In this document: piece after piece, positions 49,171 through 60,395 of the stretch
Numbering within the stretch: the stretch's first letter is position 1
Layout: every line of letters begins with the position of its first letter
From: Eremomyces bilateralis CBS 781.70
Lineage: Eukaryota
Strand: one strand, 5' to 3'
NCBI GenBank assembly: GCA_010015585.1
Contig: ML975149.1
Length of the DNA stretch: 64,000 bases
The notes under the pieces: generated by a model
Seen by the model: only the letters and a program-made list of their open reading frames with translations
What the model was told of the DNA's origin: nothing
Databases searched by the model: none
Position numbers and translations under genes: made by a program

Positions 49171-49522
49171 TGCATCGTTTGATTCGTATTCTGGAGATGA
49201 AGATTTAGGTTGAGGTTGGAATTGATATTCGAGGATGAGCTCCGGCGGACTAAAAGGACCTTTGACGTGCTGATGCCTGGACAACCACGACAGCTTGCAG
49301 GGATCAGTCAACTTCGTGTTAAAGAGACGAATGCGATGCGTGACGCGCTGGTGTTGAATGTCGCGTTTGTAGTTTAAGAGCAGGGGAATTGACGGGATCG
49401 AAGTCGATATGAACATTGAACGGACACTGTTGATAGAATTCTGAGATTTATTCGAACAAGAGGGAAGTTGGTGTCGAATTGGACGAGACGCCTCAATTCG
49501 TCTCAGCGGAACCGCGACAACT
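49171..49522. promoter_or_regulatory. Compact divergent promoter shared by RSM19 and MRE11, with CGCG-core (MCB/SCB-like) words
   Basis: Head-to-head start codons 352 bp apart. Words gacgcgc (~49342), gtcgcgttt (~49360) and accgcgacaa (~49511). Confidence 0.4.
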
Positions 49523-52060
49523 ATGCCAGCCAGGGCAGTACAACAGGAAGCCTCCGGTAATATAGCCTTTCAATTTTCCATAACGTTTCTGTCTTTGACT
49601 CCGAGTCCCATGTATGATCCCCCAAGTCTAATACCATATATCCAGAGGCGGACACCATCCGCATCCTCATCTCCACCGACAACCATGTCGGCTACAACGA
49701 GCGCGACTCGATCCGCGGCGACGACAGCTGGAAGTCGTTCCACGAGGTCATGTGTCTCGCGAAGGACCATGACGTGGATATGATTCTGCTGGCGGGGGAC
49801 TTGTTCCATGACAATAACCCGTCGCGGAAGGCGATGTATCAGGTCATGCGATCGTTAAGGATGGCGTGTCTGGGTGACAAGCCATGTGAGTTGGAGATGC
49901 TGAGCGATGCGAGTGAGAATTTCCATGGGTGAGTACCTATATCACTCAAAACAATTTAGGTAGAGGAGGGGAGCTGCTAACTCGTATGTAGAGCGTTCAA
50001 TCATGTCAACTATGAGGACCCGGATATCAATGTTGGCATCCCAGTGTTTTCCATACACGGGAACCACGACGATCCATCAGGAGTACGTATAACCCTTTCT
50101 ATGGATGATTCAATTGATAATTTGTGAAGCACGGGCATATGTCTGCCCTTGATCTGCTTCAAGTTGCGGGTCTAGTCAACTACTACGGCAGGACCCCCGA
50201 GGCGGACAATATCACCATCAAGCCTGTCCTGCTACAAAAAGGGCGCACGAAACTTGCCCTCTATGGAATGAGCAATGTCCGCGATGAACGGCTGTTCCGT
50301 ACTTTTCGAGACGGCAAAGTCAAGTTCTTTCAGCCAAGCACCCAGAAGAATGAGTGGTTCAACCTGATGAGTGTGCATCAGAACCACCATGCCTATACGG
50401 ATACTGGCTATCTCCCTGAGTCCTTCCTCCCTGACTTCCTTGACCTGGTCATCTGGGGACATGAGCACGAATGTCTCATCGACCCAAACTACAACCCCGA
50501 ACAGAACTTTCATGTCATGCAACCCGGCTCGTCCGTTGCGACCTCCTTAGTCCCAGGAGAAGCCGTGACGAAGCAAGTTACCATCCTGTCCGTTACAGGC
50601 AAACAGTTTCAGTCGGAGCCAATCAGGCTCAAATCCGTCCGGCCATTCGTCATGAAAGAAGTTATCCTGGCCGATGAGAGGGCCATGAAGAATGTCTGGA
50701 AGAAAGACGATAACCGGCAGGAAATTACCCGGTATCTCTCTACCATTGTCGAGACGCTCATCGATCAAGCGAACTCCGAGTGGTTAGCTGCGCAGGATGA
50801 AGATTATGATGAGGAGGACCAGCCTCAGCCCTTGCCACTGATCCGTCTTCGCGTGGAATATACCGCTCCGGAAGGAGGCCGTTTCGATGTTGAGAACCCG
50901 CAGCGATTCTCCAATCGATTTGTAGGGAAGGTGGCCAATGTGAACGACGTCGTACAGTTTCACCGGAAGAAGGCTACGGCACGAAGAAACAAAGATGGCG
51001 TTGAGCTACCGGAAGCGTCCGTTCTCTCGGCTCTATCACTTGATTCGGTGAAAGTCGAGAAACTCGTCAAGGAATTCCTTACGGCGCAGTCTTTGACCAT
51101 CCTCCCACAAAACTCATTTGGAGATGCAGTCAGTCAATTCGTTGATAAGGACGACAAGCATGCAATGGAGACTTTCGTCAACGAAAGCCTTGCGAATCAG
51201 TTGAAGCATTTGCTTACCTCGGCCGAGAACGTGGAAGAAGATGATTTGACAGAGGCGATGGATGTGTATCGGGCAAAGCTTGAGGAGCTATTTTCGAAGG
51301 GGCACTTGAAGAAACGGGTATGTGGTTTATCAAATCCGTATCCTAATATATCCTAACCGAAGAAACAGTCGAGGATCAGATATCGACCGAAGCCAACGGG
51401 CTGGGACTCAGATATGGATGGAGAATGGGAAGATCAACCGGCAGCAATCATGCGGTCCGAAGATGAACAGGAGGAAGATGACGATGACCTTGCCTCTGCT
51501 CCACCACGACAATCCACCTCTGCGCGTGGTCGAGGCCGCGGTCGTGGTCGTGGCGGAATGGCGGCCAGCAGCCGCTCCACCGCCGCGGCCAAGAAGGCTC
51601 CTGCCAAAAAGGTTCCTGCCAAGTCTTCCCGCTCCACCCGCCGTCCCGCTATTGAGGAAAAAGAAGACGACGAAGACGAAGACGTGGTCATGCTCGACGA
51701 TGATGAGGAGGATGAGGAGTCCGAAGAAGAGGGTCTCTTCGTTCGGCGCTCCAAGACCGCGCCAGAGAATCCTACTAGAAAGTCAACGGCAAGGAAACCG
51801 GCACCGGCGGCCGCGAGAGGAGCGAAGAAGACGGCGACGACGACGAGGCAGTCGACATTGAGTTTCTCGCAACGAGGAGCGTCGCAGAAACCTGCACCAG
51901 CGAATACGAGGGGAAGGAAAGCGATTGAAGTTGTATGTGTGCCCATTGAATCATTCCGGTTCGTATGGACTAACGTTTCAACTTACAGAGTGACGATGAG
52001 ATTTCGGACGATTCAGATGACTTTGATCCTCCGATGGCAAGAACAAGGGCTCGGCGTTAG
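49523..52060 (+). CDS. MRE11: Double-strand break repair nuclease MRE11
   Basis: Exons 49523-49556, 49646-49928, 49992-50082, 50130-51317, ~51363-51932 and 51989-52060. Phosphoesterase motifs [27 protein letters not shown] and WGHEHE. RGRGRG (GAR) tract near the C-terminus. Confidence 0.95.
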
Positions 52061-53109
52061 AGCCGAGATTTGAGAGGGTGTTGGCGATGTGGAGTTTTCG
52101 ATCCAGCACGATGTAGAGATGAGGGAAGAGCGAGGGCAGTCGGATAAAGCTCCCTTCAGGTACTCTCATTCCAATGATGAAAGGAATAGGTTGCTAACAG
52201 TACATTGCCAGCTTAGCGCGAGGCGTCACGGAGCACTTTCTTTGTATGCTGTCGATGCATACTTTCTGCAGATACCCATCCTTCCCCTGTCTATAGGCGG
52301 ATATATAACAAACATTCCGATTCACTAATTATCAGTCCAAATCAACTAAACCTGTGCAGATGTGCCACACGCCTTTCAACTGTTCAATTCACTAGAGCGT
52401 GCTTGAAACTTTTACAATGTTACGCTCCGTCGCTGCCGAATAACAGGAAAGCGCACTCCATGACTTCCATATCGAGAAGCCACCCCTATATTGGATGGCG
52501 CTAGTACTAAAAGAGATCCAACTTGATGCCATCCTTTTCTCGATCAACCAGGCGCATCGCTCGATCTCCATTCATTGCAATCGCACTTCAATGCTGTCCA
52601 TGTTTCTTGCAACGTATCCCAGCGAGCTCCTACCTCTACCATCATCACCCTCACAGCATTGCCGTTCTCATGCCGCTCCAACAACAGGAAAGAACTATAC
52701 TTCGTTTACTACCAGTGATAAACATGCGTCCGCCGTGCTTCTGTCGTTTCATCTTCTTCATACCATCCATTCACTCATTCCACGGCTCCATCACTCTCGC
52801 ATTTCGTTCATTCTCTTCAGCCATTGTTGTGCTTTTGGATACGATCACCTGTGGTTTCTCAGCGGATCGTTTCATACCATCGTTTTTGTCAGGTCTGAAC
52901 GCTACAGGTAACTCTCATTTCCGACCATTTCCTAAGAGTGTCAAAGCTATTAGATCCCCTGCCATATCGTGATAACTTGCAGCCGAAGCTGATCATATCA
53001 GTGTCGAACGCCTTTCATTCACAGTCACATACCAAGTGTCTCGAGCCCCATCGTTGCCTATCCGCAGCTCCGATCGTTTGGGTCTCGTGGACATTGGAAC
53101 CCGGTTATC

Positions 53110-56100
53110 ATGACCCAATACAAAGTCGAAGAGCTTCTGGCACTCCGAGACTCGGTCTCTGAATCCGCAGTGTCCATCGAAAAGCTCGATGTCGATGAAT
53201 CTGTGAAAGGTCAGTCTCCCTTCGGCATGATTCCAGCCAACTGTCCCCATGCATCTCAAGGCAACACAGCCATTTCCAACATAACACGGCGATGCTTATT
53301 CTACTGCGCTCAATTGTCTCGAGATGAGGGTATGCCCGCATCTGATTTGGACGAACTTCACGAGCACCATCAGGCTCGTTTTGATTCCCCGTTTCCTGCT
53401 TCCACCTCCCACTTCTCACTCTCGCTTCCCGCTTCCCTCTCACTTCTCATATCTTCCCCACTTCAAACTCACTCCAAAAAAACTTCCCTTGACCAAATTA
53501 TCACGAGATTTGTCTCTCCTTCTCTGTCTCGGTCCAACAGCGATATCATGCCGCTATATATCACAGGGAAAGGGTCTCCTGTTCGACGAATCCCTAGCCT
53601 CACCTCCAGTCACATCCGCTTGATACCACAACACAGTCGAAGGTTTACTGACAAATTCCTTGAAGAGCACGTTCTCCGACCTTCCTCCTCTGTCAATTGC
53701 ATGTCACTAAAGAGTGAGAATATTCCTCTCGACGGGAATTCGAAGGCAACCCGTGCAGTGAGTGGTCCTCCTCGGTGCGCCTCACAGCCTGTGAAGGAGC
53801 AAGTCTTTGGCCATCTGGCTGTCAAGAAACCCTCTCCGACGCCCTCTATCAAGCGTGGCAAAGCAGAACGCCTTCTCAAGGAGCACGCGTCTCCTCCGGG
53901 GATGCGTGTGACAGCGGGTGGACGAGTCGTTCCCACGGATTTCACTTCTTTCGTTGCTCCAGTTCCACCATTCCATCCTGCGGCGAGGGGTCACATGTTC
54001 GATATGCGTGCAGGAAAACCTGACAGCGCCCATCAGGCTCCAAGCCATCACTCCATTCCGCAAGGCTTCATCGGTTACGACATCAAGGGTCAGCTTTGCC
54101 AGAAAGTTGGCGACAATCTTCTTCCTGTGCAAATGATCAACGGGCTTCCCCACTTTCACTTGCCGCCGGTCAACAACTTTCCCGCAATCCCAGCGATGTC
54201 AGCTCCCACTGCTCCACCGACGGGGCAGCAATTTGCGAACCAGTTCGGGAATGGATCGTTGCCCGCTGAACCAGCCTCCGTCAATATTGATGAGCATATC
54301 ACTCACTTGGAGAATCACTACAAGTTGCTGGACAAGGAACGCCAGCAGTTCGAACGCTTTGAAGTGATTGAGAAGGAACGTGCTCCCGTTCACATGCAGA
54401 GGCAGTTGATCGAGAAGAAGCGTTGGTACATCACGGAACTTGACCGCATTCGCCGTGCTGCCAAGCAGGTCAAAGAGATGAAGGCGACAGGTGCTGTCAC
54501 TGTACCTGCAACCTTTGGCCTGGAAGCGAATCACTCCGCCCCAGCGCCTGCACCGCCTCAGCAACATGCTCCTGGTTTTATGTTCCAGGGAATGCCTCAG
54601 CAACTCGCCGCTCCGCAGGCTCACCCGATGTTTCGCCAAGGCCCTGTCATGCACTTTGAGGTCCCTCAATACGGCCCGGTCCGCTATGACATGCCTCCAC
54701 ATGGATTCTACCTTCCCAATGGAATGCAGCCTGGCATGCAGCCCGGTCCCGGTGGTTTCTTCCCAGTCAATGGAGGCATGCCGGTCCACAACTTCGGTCC
54801 GAACCCTGCAGAACCAAACGGAATAGCCCAAGCTAAGCCTTTGAATCCTGAGCAGCCTTTCGATGCCGATCAGCCTTTCAGTCGTGGCAACAATGCCGTG
54901 GAGATCAAAGACCCTCTCGAACGCCCCAAACAAGACTCTCACCTGGATCCAACCAGTCCCAGCTATGTTCCGAAGAACCTCGCCGGCACTCGCAAGGAGT
55001 CGTCTCTCAAACACTGCGACCCTGGCACGCCCACTCCTGTTGGCTCTCCGAATGATGGCCTCCCTCGCGCCGACCTTGCCAAGTACCTCGTCGGAGACGA
55101 TGGCGACAACCATCATGGCTCTCCAGAGATTCCCTCCTCTGCGGAACGGGTCAACAAGAAGTCCAGTCAATCCAGTGTCAGCACGAGTGCCTTCTTCCCC
55201 GTGAACACCCACGAGTACTCCACGAAGACCTTGTATGGGGCGCGATCTGGAGCCAACGAGGAGAACATACCATTTATGTCGTCCCCAAACGGGGAGAGAA
55301 GTGCCCCTGGGGTTCCGACGAACACGCCCGCTCCCGGAGTCGAGGCAGCCCACAGCAAGGACGGATCTCATGCGTCCGCGCAAGATCATCGTCTGTCGTC
55401 GTGGACACGAGAAAGCGGACAAGTCATGGATCTTGCTCTCAATAATGGTAATCATGATCTGAGAGCCCCCGTTCTCGACGGTCCGGCTTCTGAGTCCCCC
55501 GATCGATTCTTCACCGTACAGTTAAGCTCCGGCCGCAGCGACGCTTCGGAGGCGTCTATCAAGTCGCTTGACTTGGGCTATCTCGATGGATGGCAAACCG
55601 ACTATCGCCCGACCGAAGTCCTCCGATCCAGCAAATATCGCGAGCAATTCGGACGCGCACTTGAAGCACGACGCCGTCTTCGTGAGACAGAGCAGGGCAA
55701 ACGAAAGGATGAGCTCTCTGATGCCGAACTCATCAAATCGGGCAGCCGTCCCGAACGGCTCTTGAAGTCCGAGGAATATTGGACCGCTTTCGAAGAGGGC
55801 AATCACGCGCGGCACCAGCGCATAGTGGAGAACACGGAGAACCCCATCCCACCGCTTCCGAACGCGCCACATCTTTCACCGCGTCGCTTCGCGCTTACAG
55901 AGCCCGACTCCAACATCGAAACTCTCTCTGGGCTTCCAAGCAACGTGCAAGGCAATACTATCACGGCCTCCGAGCCCCCAAAGCGAACATATGCCGGCCC
56001 AACACAACCACTTCACGCACAGACAGCATCCGAAGCCCAGAATGCCTCCAACGTGACCACAAACGGCATCTCGGCCATTCAACCCATCAACGTGCAAGCC

Positions 56101-56694
56101 AACATGTGCAAGCCGACCAAAAGCAAGCATTGCTACCGCTCCAGCACGACTTCCGGCCGCACTCGCAATGCCTCCCGCGCTGTCTCTGCAGCCATCCGCC
56201 CGTATCCTGGCAACATGGCGTACAACGACCCGCTCCGATGCAAGTCGCCCACCAGTCCCAAAATCAGCAACGGCTGGCCTTCCCAATGCGACGGGGCTGT
56301 CGACGATCTCGCCCGCGAACTCTCGCACACCACCATGACCGCCTCCGGGCCATCCACCGCGCCCGCCACCACGCTCAACGGCACCATCAACCAAGACACG
56401 GCGTTCAAATCCCCGAAGAAAGACAAGGGCAGCGCGACGCCGTCGCCCAGCAAGAAGGAGAAAGGATCGTCGTCCCCGGCGCGGGCGAAGTTGGAGCAGA
56501 TCGCGAACAAGGTGAAGAACTTCGACAAGCGCAAAGAGAAAGGGGACAAGGAGAAGCCGGATCCGGCGACGATGGATCCGGAGCAGAAGGAGAAGCATCG
56601 GAAGGCGTGGCGGAAGCGGTTCGATCGGGTGCGGAAGGAGCAGTCGGAGGAGATTCGGAAGTATCACAATGGGCAGAGGAATTCGAATGGATGA
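53110..56694 (+). CDS. Large, mostly disordered hypothetical protein with a probable intron at 53210-53665
   Basis: A 1194-codon ORF. Conserved-looking blocks YKVEELLALRDSVSESAVSIEK, EHVLRPS and KRGKAERLLKEHASPPGMRVTAGGRVVP. Central coiled-coil and basic C-terminal helix. Confidence 0.8.
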   Translation: MTQYKVEELLALRDSVSESAVSIEKLDVDESVKGQSPFGMIPANCPHASQGNTAISNITRRCLFYCAQLSRDEGMPASDLDELHEHHQARFDSPFPASTSHFSLSLPASLSLLISSPLQTHSKKTSLDQIITRFVSPSLSRSNSDIMPLYITGKGSPVRRIPSLTSSHIRLIPQHSRRFTDKFLEEHVLRPSSSVNCMSLKSENIPLDGNSKATRAVSGPPRCASQPVKEQVFGHLAVKKPSPTPSIKRGKAERLLKEHASPPGMRVTAGGRVVPTDFTSFVAPVPPFHPAARGHMFDMRAGKPDSAHQAPSHHSIPQGFIGYDIKGQLCQKVGDNLLPVQMINGLPHFHLPPVNNFPAIPAMSAPTAPPTGQQFANQFGNGSLPAEPASVNIDEHITHLENHYKLLDKERQQFERFEVIEKERAPVHMQRQLIEKKRWYITELDRIRRAAKQVKEMKATGAVTVPATFGLEANHSAPAPAPPQQHAPGFMFQGMPQQLAAPQAHPMFRQGPVMHFEVPQYGPVRYDMPPHGFYLPNGMQPGMQPGPGGFFPVNGGMPVHNFGPNPAEPNGIAQAKPLNPEQPFDADQPFSRGNNAVEIKDPLERPKQDSHLDPTSPSYVPKNLAGTRKESSLKHCDPGTPTPVGSPNDGLPRADLAKYLVGDDGDNHHGSPEIPSSAERVNKKSSQSSVSTSAFFPVNTHEYSTKTLYGARSGANEENIPFMSSPNGERSAPGVPTNTPAPGVEAAHSKDGSHASAQDHRLSSWTRESGQVMDLALNNGNHDLRAPVLDGPASESPDRFFTVQLSSGRSDASEASIKSLDLGYLDGWQTDYRPTEVLRSSKYREQFGRALEARRRLRETEQGKRKDELSDAELIKSGSRPERLLKSEEYWTAFEEGNHARHQRIVENTENPIPPLPNAPHLSPRRFALTEPDSNIETLSGLPSNVQGNTITASEPPKRTYAGPTQPLHAQTASEAQNASNVTTNGISAIQPINVQANMCKPTKSKHCYRSSTTSGRTRNASRAVSAAIRPYPGNMAYNDPLRCKSPTSPKISNGWPSQCDGAVDDLARELSHTTMTASGPSTAPATTLNGTINQDTAFKSPKKDKGSATPSPSKKEKGSSSPARAKLEQIANKVKNFDKRKEKGDKEKPDPATMDPEQKEKHRKAWRKRFDRVRKEQSEEIRKYHNGQRNSNG

Positions 56695-58292
56695 AAGGAG
56701 TTGACTGTCCGAGTCCGGACACTCGACGTCTTACCCGGGCTTCTCTACGTTCAGAGGCGACTTCTTTTCATATCATCAATTGCTGTTTCTCAGGATACAT
56801 TTCTCACCTTCGGCAAACACCAGACGGCAGGTTGAGCACTCTTCATACGATGCACAAGGATCCAAAAGCACCATTGTATACCATCAGCACCATTACACAT
56901 GTTTATTCCCCTTTCGTTTCAGTCATCACTTTTTCCCTTTGCCCGCCTTTGACATTCATGCAGCAGAGATTGAACAGGCTGCACCACACACTGTCTCATT
57001 GCGGTTCACGACAGCAGCAAGGACAATCCGCACACCCACGGCACGCATGAGATGGATCCCATCGACACCTTTTTTCCCCACAACACCACACCACGCACAG
57101 CATCACACTCCAAACGAATACCGAAAGTAGCAGCAATGTATGGATAGCGCACGAGCGAACACAGATGAGATAGCAATAATAGCAGTAGCTAGCAAATGCA
57201 AAATCATGGATCATCACATTTCCGCTTTTGCACATTATTCAGGCTGATTGATCATTGACGTGCTTGCTGGCGATCTCGACTAATCGAGGCAGGCGGGGGA
57301 TCGTCGGTTTGCTGGTGACTAGTGCAGTCGGTAGCTCTATCGGCACGAGTAATATTCCATGTCCTTGACTACTGGATGATGAGGCTGAATTGATGTGTGG
57401 TGCGGAGAGCAGATGGACCCGAGAAAGGTAACCGTGGATAGATGATGGAATGAGGTAATTGAAGTGAAGCAGAACTAGAATTTGGAACGGAACAGGAACT
57501 GGAACTGGAAGAGGTCGCAAGGCAATGAGGCAGAAATGATTGTGGCCTCACGGTTTCAGCCAGAGCCTTTGAGCTGCAGGACCAGACGTTACTTCGATTC
57601 GGGTCATGATGCCAGGAATAGAATATTAAAATTCTTGAAGGCAAAATGACATGGAGATGTCTTACAAAATGGAATGGGAATTGGTCATTATTGTGTGGTG
57701 GATATCGCTGATAAATTGGAGGGATAAGATGGCTGACATCCCGTCAAACATCGAGGAGTCCGCGATATATGCCTCATATGCCTAATATGCCTTACTAGTT
57801 ACCGCAGCCGGTGCTGCACTGTGCTCTACTGTTAGAATCCACTGCTGAGCCACAGTTCTTGCCTCGCCCCGCCACTCCTCCTCTCTCCTCTCTCATACTG
57901 ATTCCTCTCCTCCTTCCCTTCCCCCGACGTTACAACCGCATTGTTAAGCAAAGCCCCATACGGTCAGGATACCCCCAGATCCACCACATTCCTCTCTTCC
58001 CCCATCGCTACATTGATTGCTATCCGCCCATCTTCTTCTTCCTCTTGTTTGACTCTTGTTTGTCCTCGACCATAAGTACGGTTCATCATCCTTTCACTTG
58101 CCGCTCTTATTCATCAGGATTCGCAATCATCGTGGGTTCACCGCACTCCACTCCCCAACGTGCCTCACCCGGTCGAGCAATGGCTCCCTGTGTTAGAAGA
58201 TAGCATCAAGTCCTTTCGTTTCCCTTCCCATCACTCTCAATTCATCTCACCCTATCCATAACCACCCGTCCATCCCGTCCACCTCCTCCATC

Positions 58293-60395
58293 ATGACCCA
58301 GTTCTTCTCCTCCAACCCATCCTCCCTCTCCTCCGAGAAGCGCACCTTTTCCGGCCTCCCCCTTTCCTCCAACAAGTCCGTTACCAGCTCCAACAGCCAA
58401 GTCTCCCAAAAAATCAAGTCCTTCTTCCGCATCAACAGCCTCGGAAGCAACCACGCCGACCCCAAGCACCATGGCGCCCACGATCCCTCCTCCCACCTCT
58501 CCGCCCCCTCCAAACCCGACTCCAAACCCGGCTTCCGCCAATCTCGCTTCCTCCCCCACATCGGCCGCAACCGCAGCACCACCGTCGCCTCCGAAGGCCA
58601 CCCCCTCGACGAAACCATGTCCCCCACCGCCAATGCCAATCCCTACTTCATCCACCAAGGCCCCCCCGCCCTCCGCCATCACAACGACGGCAGCGTGCCT
58701 CCCTCCCCCCCGGACACCCCGCAGATGGCCCAAGCTAAAGCCGACGCCGTCAGCGGCGCCAACGACCAGGCCATCACCGCCGGGAAGGAGGAGCTGGCCC
58801 GCAAGCTGCGACGGGTAGCGTCCGCGCCGAACGCGCAGGGGCTGTTCGCCGGCTCGAAAGGCGCGGAGCGGCCGCAGACCGCGGAGCTGGGGAAGGAGCC
58901 GCTGGTGCAGTACCACCACGCCAACGCGTCGGCGCTGAGCATGGTGGAGACGACGCCGGCGGCGACGGGGGGGGTGTTGACAGGGAGTGCGGAGCATCTG
59001 CCGGTGCCGAGTATCACGGGGTTGCCGACGCCGGGGCAGATTCGGAATAGCGTGGCGTTTCGGAGGACGTATAGTTCGAATTCGATTAAGGTGCGAAACG
59101 TGGAGGTGGGGCCGGGGAGTTTTGATAAGATTAAGATGATTGGGAAGGGGGATGTGGGGAAGGTGTATTTGGTGCGAGAGAAGAAGTCCTCGCGACTGTA
59201 CGCCATGAAGGGTATGTTTCGGTGTAAATGGGTTGGAGGGAGCGTGGCTAACGTGCAGAGCAGTTCTCAGCAAGAAGGAGATGATCAAGCGGAATAAAAT
59301 CAAGCGGGCGCTTGCGGAGCAGGAAATTCTCGCGACGAGCAATCATCCTTTCATCGTCACGCTATACCATTCCTTCCAGTCCGAGGACCACCTCTATCTG
59401 TGCATGGAATACTGCAGCGGCGGCGAGTTCTTCCGAGGTAAGCCAATACATGTGCCGCAATTCCTATTCCAAGGCTAATCCGCTCCAGCCCTTCAAACCC
59501 GTCCCAACAAATCCGTCGACGAAGACGCCGCTCGCTTCTACGCTGCCGAAGTTACCGCTGCTCTCGAATATCTCCACCTTATGGGCTTCATCTATCGCGA
59601 CCTCAAACCCGAGAACATCCTCCTCCACCAGTCCGGCCACATCATGTTATCGGACTTCGACCTCTCCAAACAATCCGACGCCGGCGGCAAGCCCGGCATG
59701 GTGCTCGGCCGCAACGGCAGCTCGAGCAACGGGCTCCCCGCCGTCGACACGAAGGCGTGCATCGCGGATTTCCGCACCAATTCGTTCGTCGGGACCGAGG
59801 AGTATATTGCGCCCGAGGTCATCAAGGGGTGCGGACATACCAGTGCGGTCGATTGGTGGACCCTCGGTATCCTGATCTACGAGATGCTGTACGGAACCAC
59901 CCCGTTCAAGGGGAAGAACCGCAACGCGACGTTCGCGAACATCCTACGCGATGAGGTGCCTTTCTCTGAAGGATCCGGCGCGCCGTCAGTATCCACGTAA
60001 GTTTCGACCCTACCCATGTCTATTCTATCAACCCGACTAACCCCCCTCCCAGCCTCTGCAAATCCCTCATACGCAAACTCCTCATCAAAGACGAACTCCG
60101 CCGCCTCGGCTCCCGCGCCGGCGCCTCCGACGTCAAAGCGCACCCCTTCTTCCGCAGCACACAATGGGCGCTGCTCCGGCACATGAAGCCGCCGATCATC
60201 CCCAACCCGGCGCGTGGAATCGAGACGGTCAACTTCCGCAACGTGAAGGAGAGCGAGAGCGTGGACATCGGGGCGGCGAGGATTAAGGGGGTGCCGTTGG
60301 ACTCGGGGCTGGAGACGCCGGGGAACGAGATCCCCGATCCGTTTGAGGAGTTCAATAGCGTGACGTTGTTGCATGAGGGGGATGGGAGGCATTAG
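58293..60395 (+). CDS. nrc-2: AGC-family Ser/Thr kinase NRC-2 (FPK1/KIN82 flippase-kinase family)
   Basis: Exons 58293-59211, 59264-59437, 59489-59996 and 60053-60395. Motifs [21 protein letters not shown] (DFD in place of DFG is typical of this family), [24 protein letters not shown] and [11 protein letters not shown]. Confidence 0.93.

Noticed and set aside
50083..50129. Apparent break in MRE11 after GNHDDPSG
   Set aside because: Explained by a 47-nt intron with an AAG acceptor that restores the frame. It is not a pseudogene.
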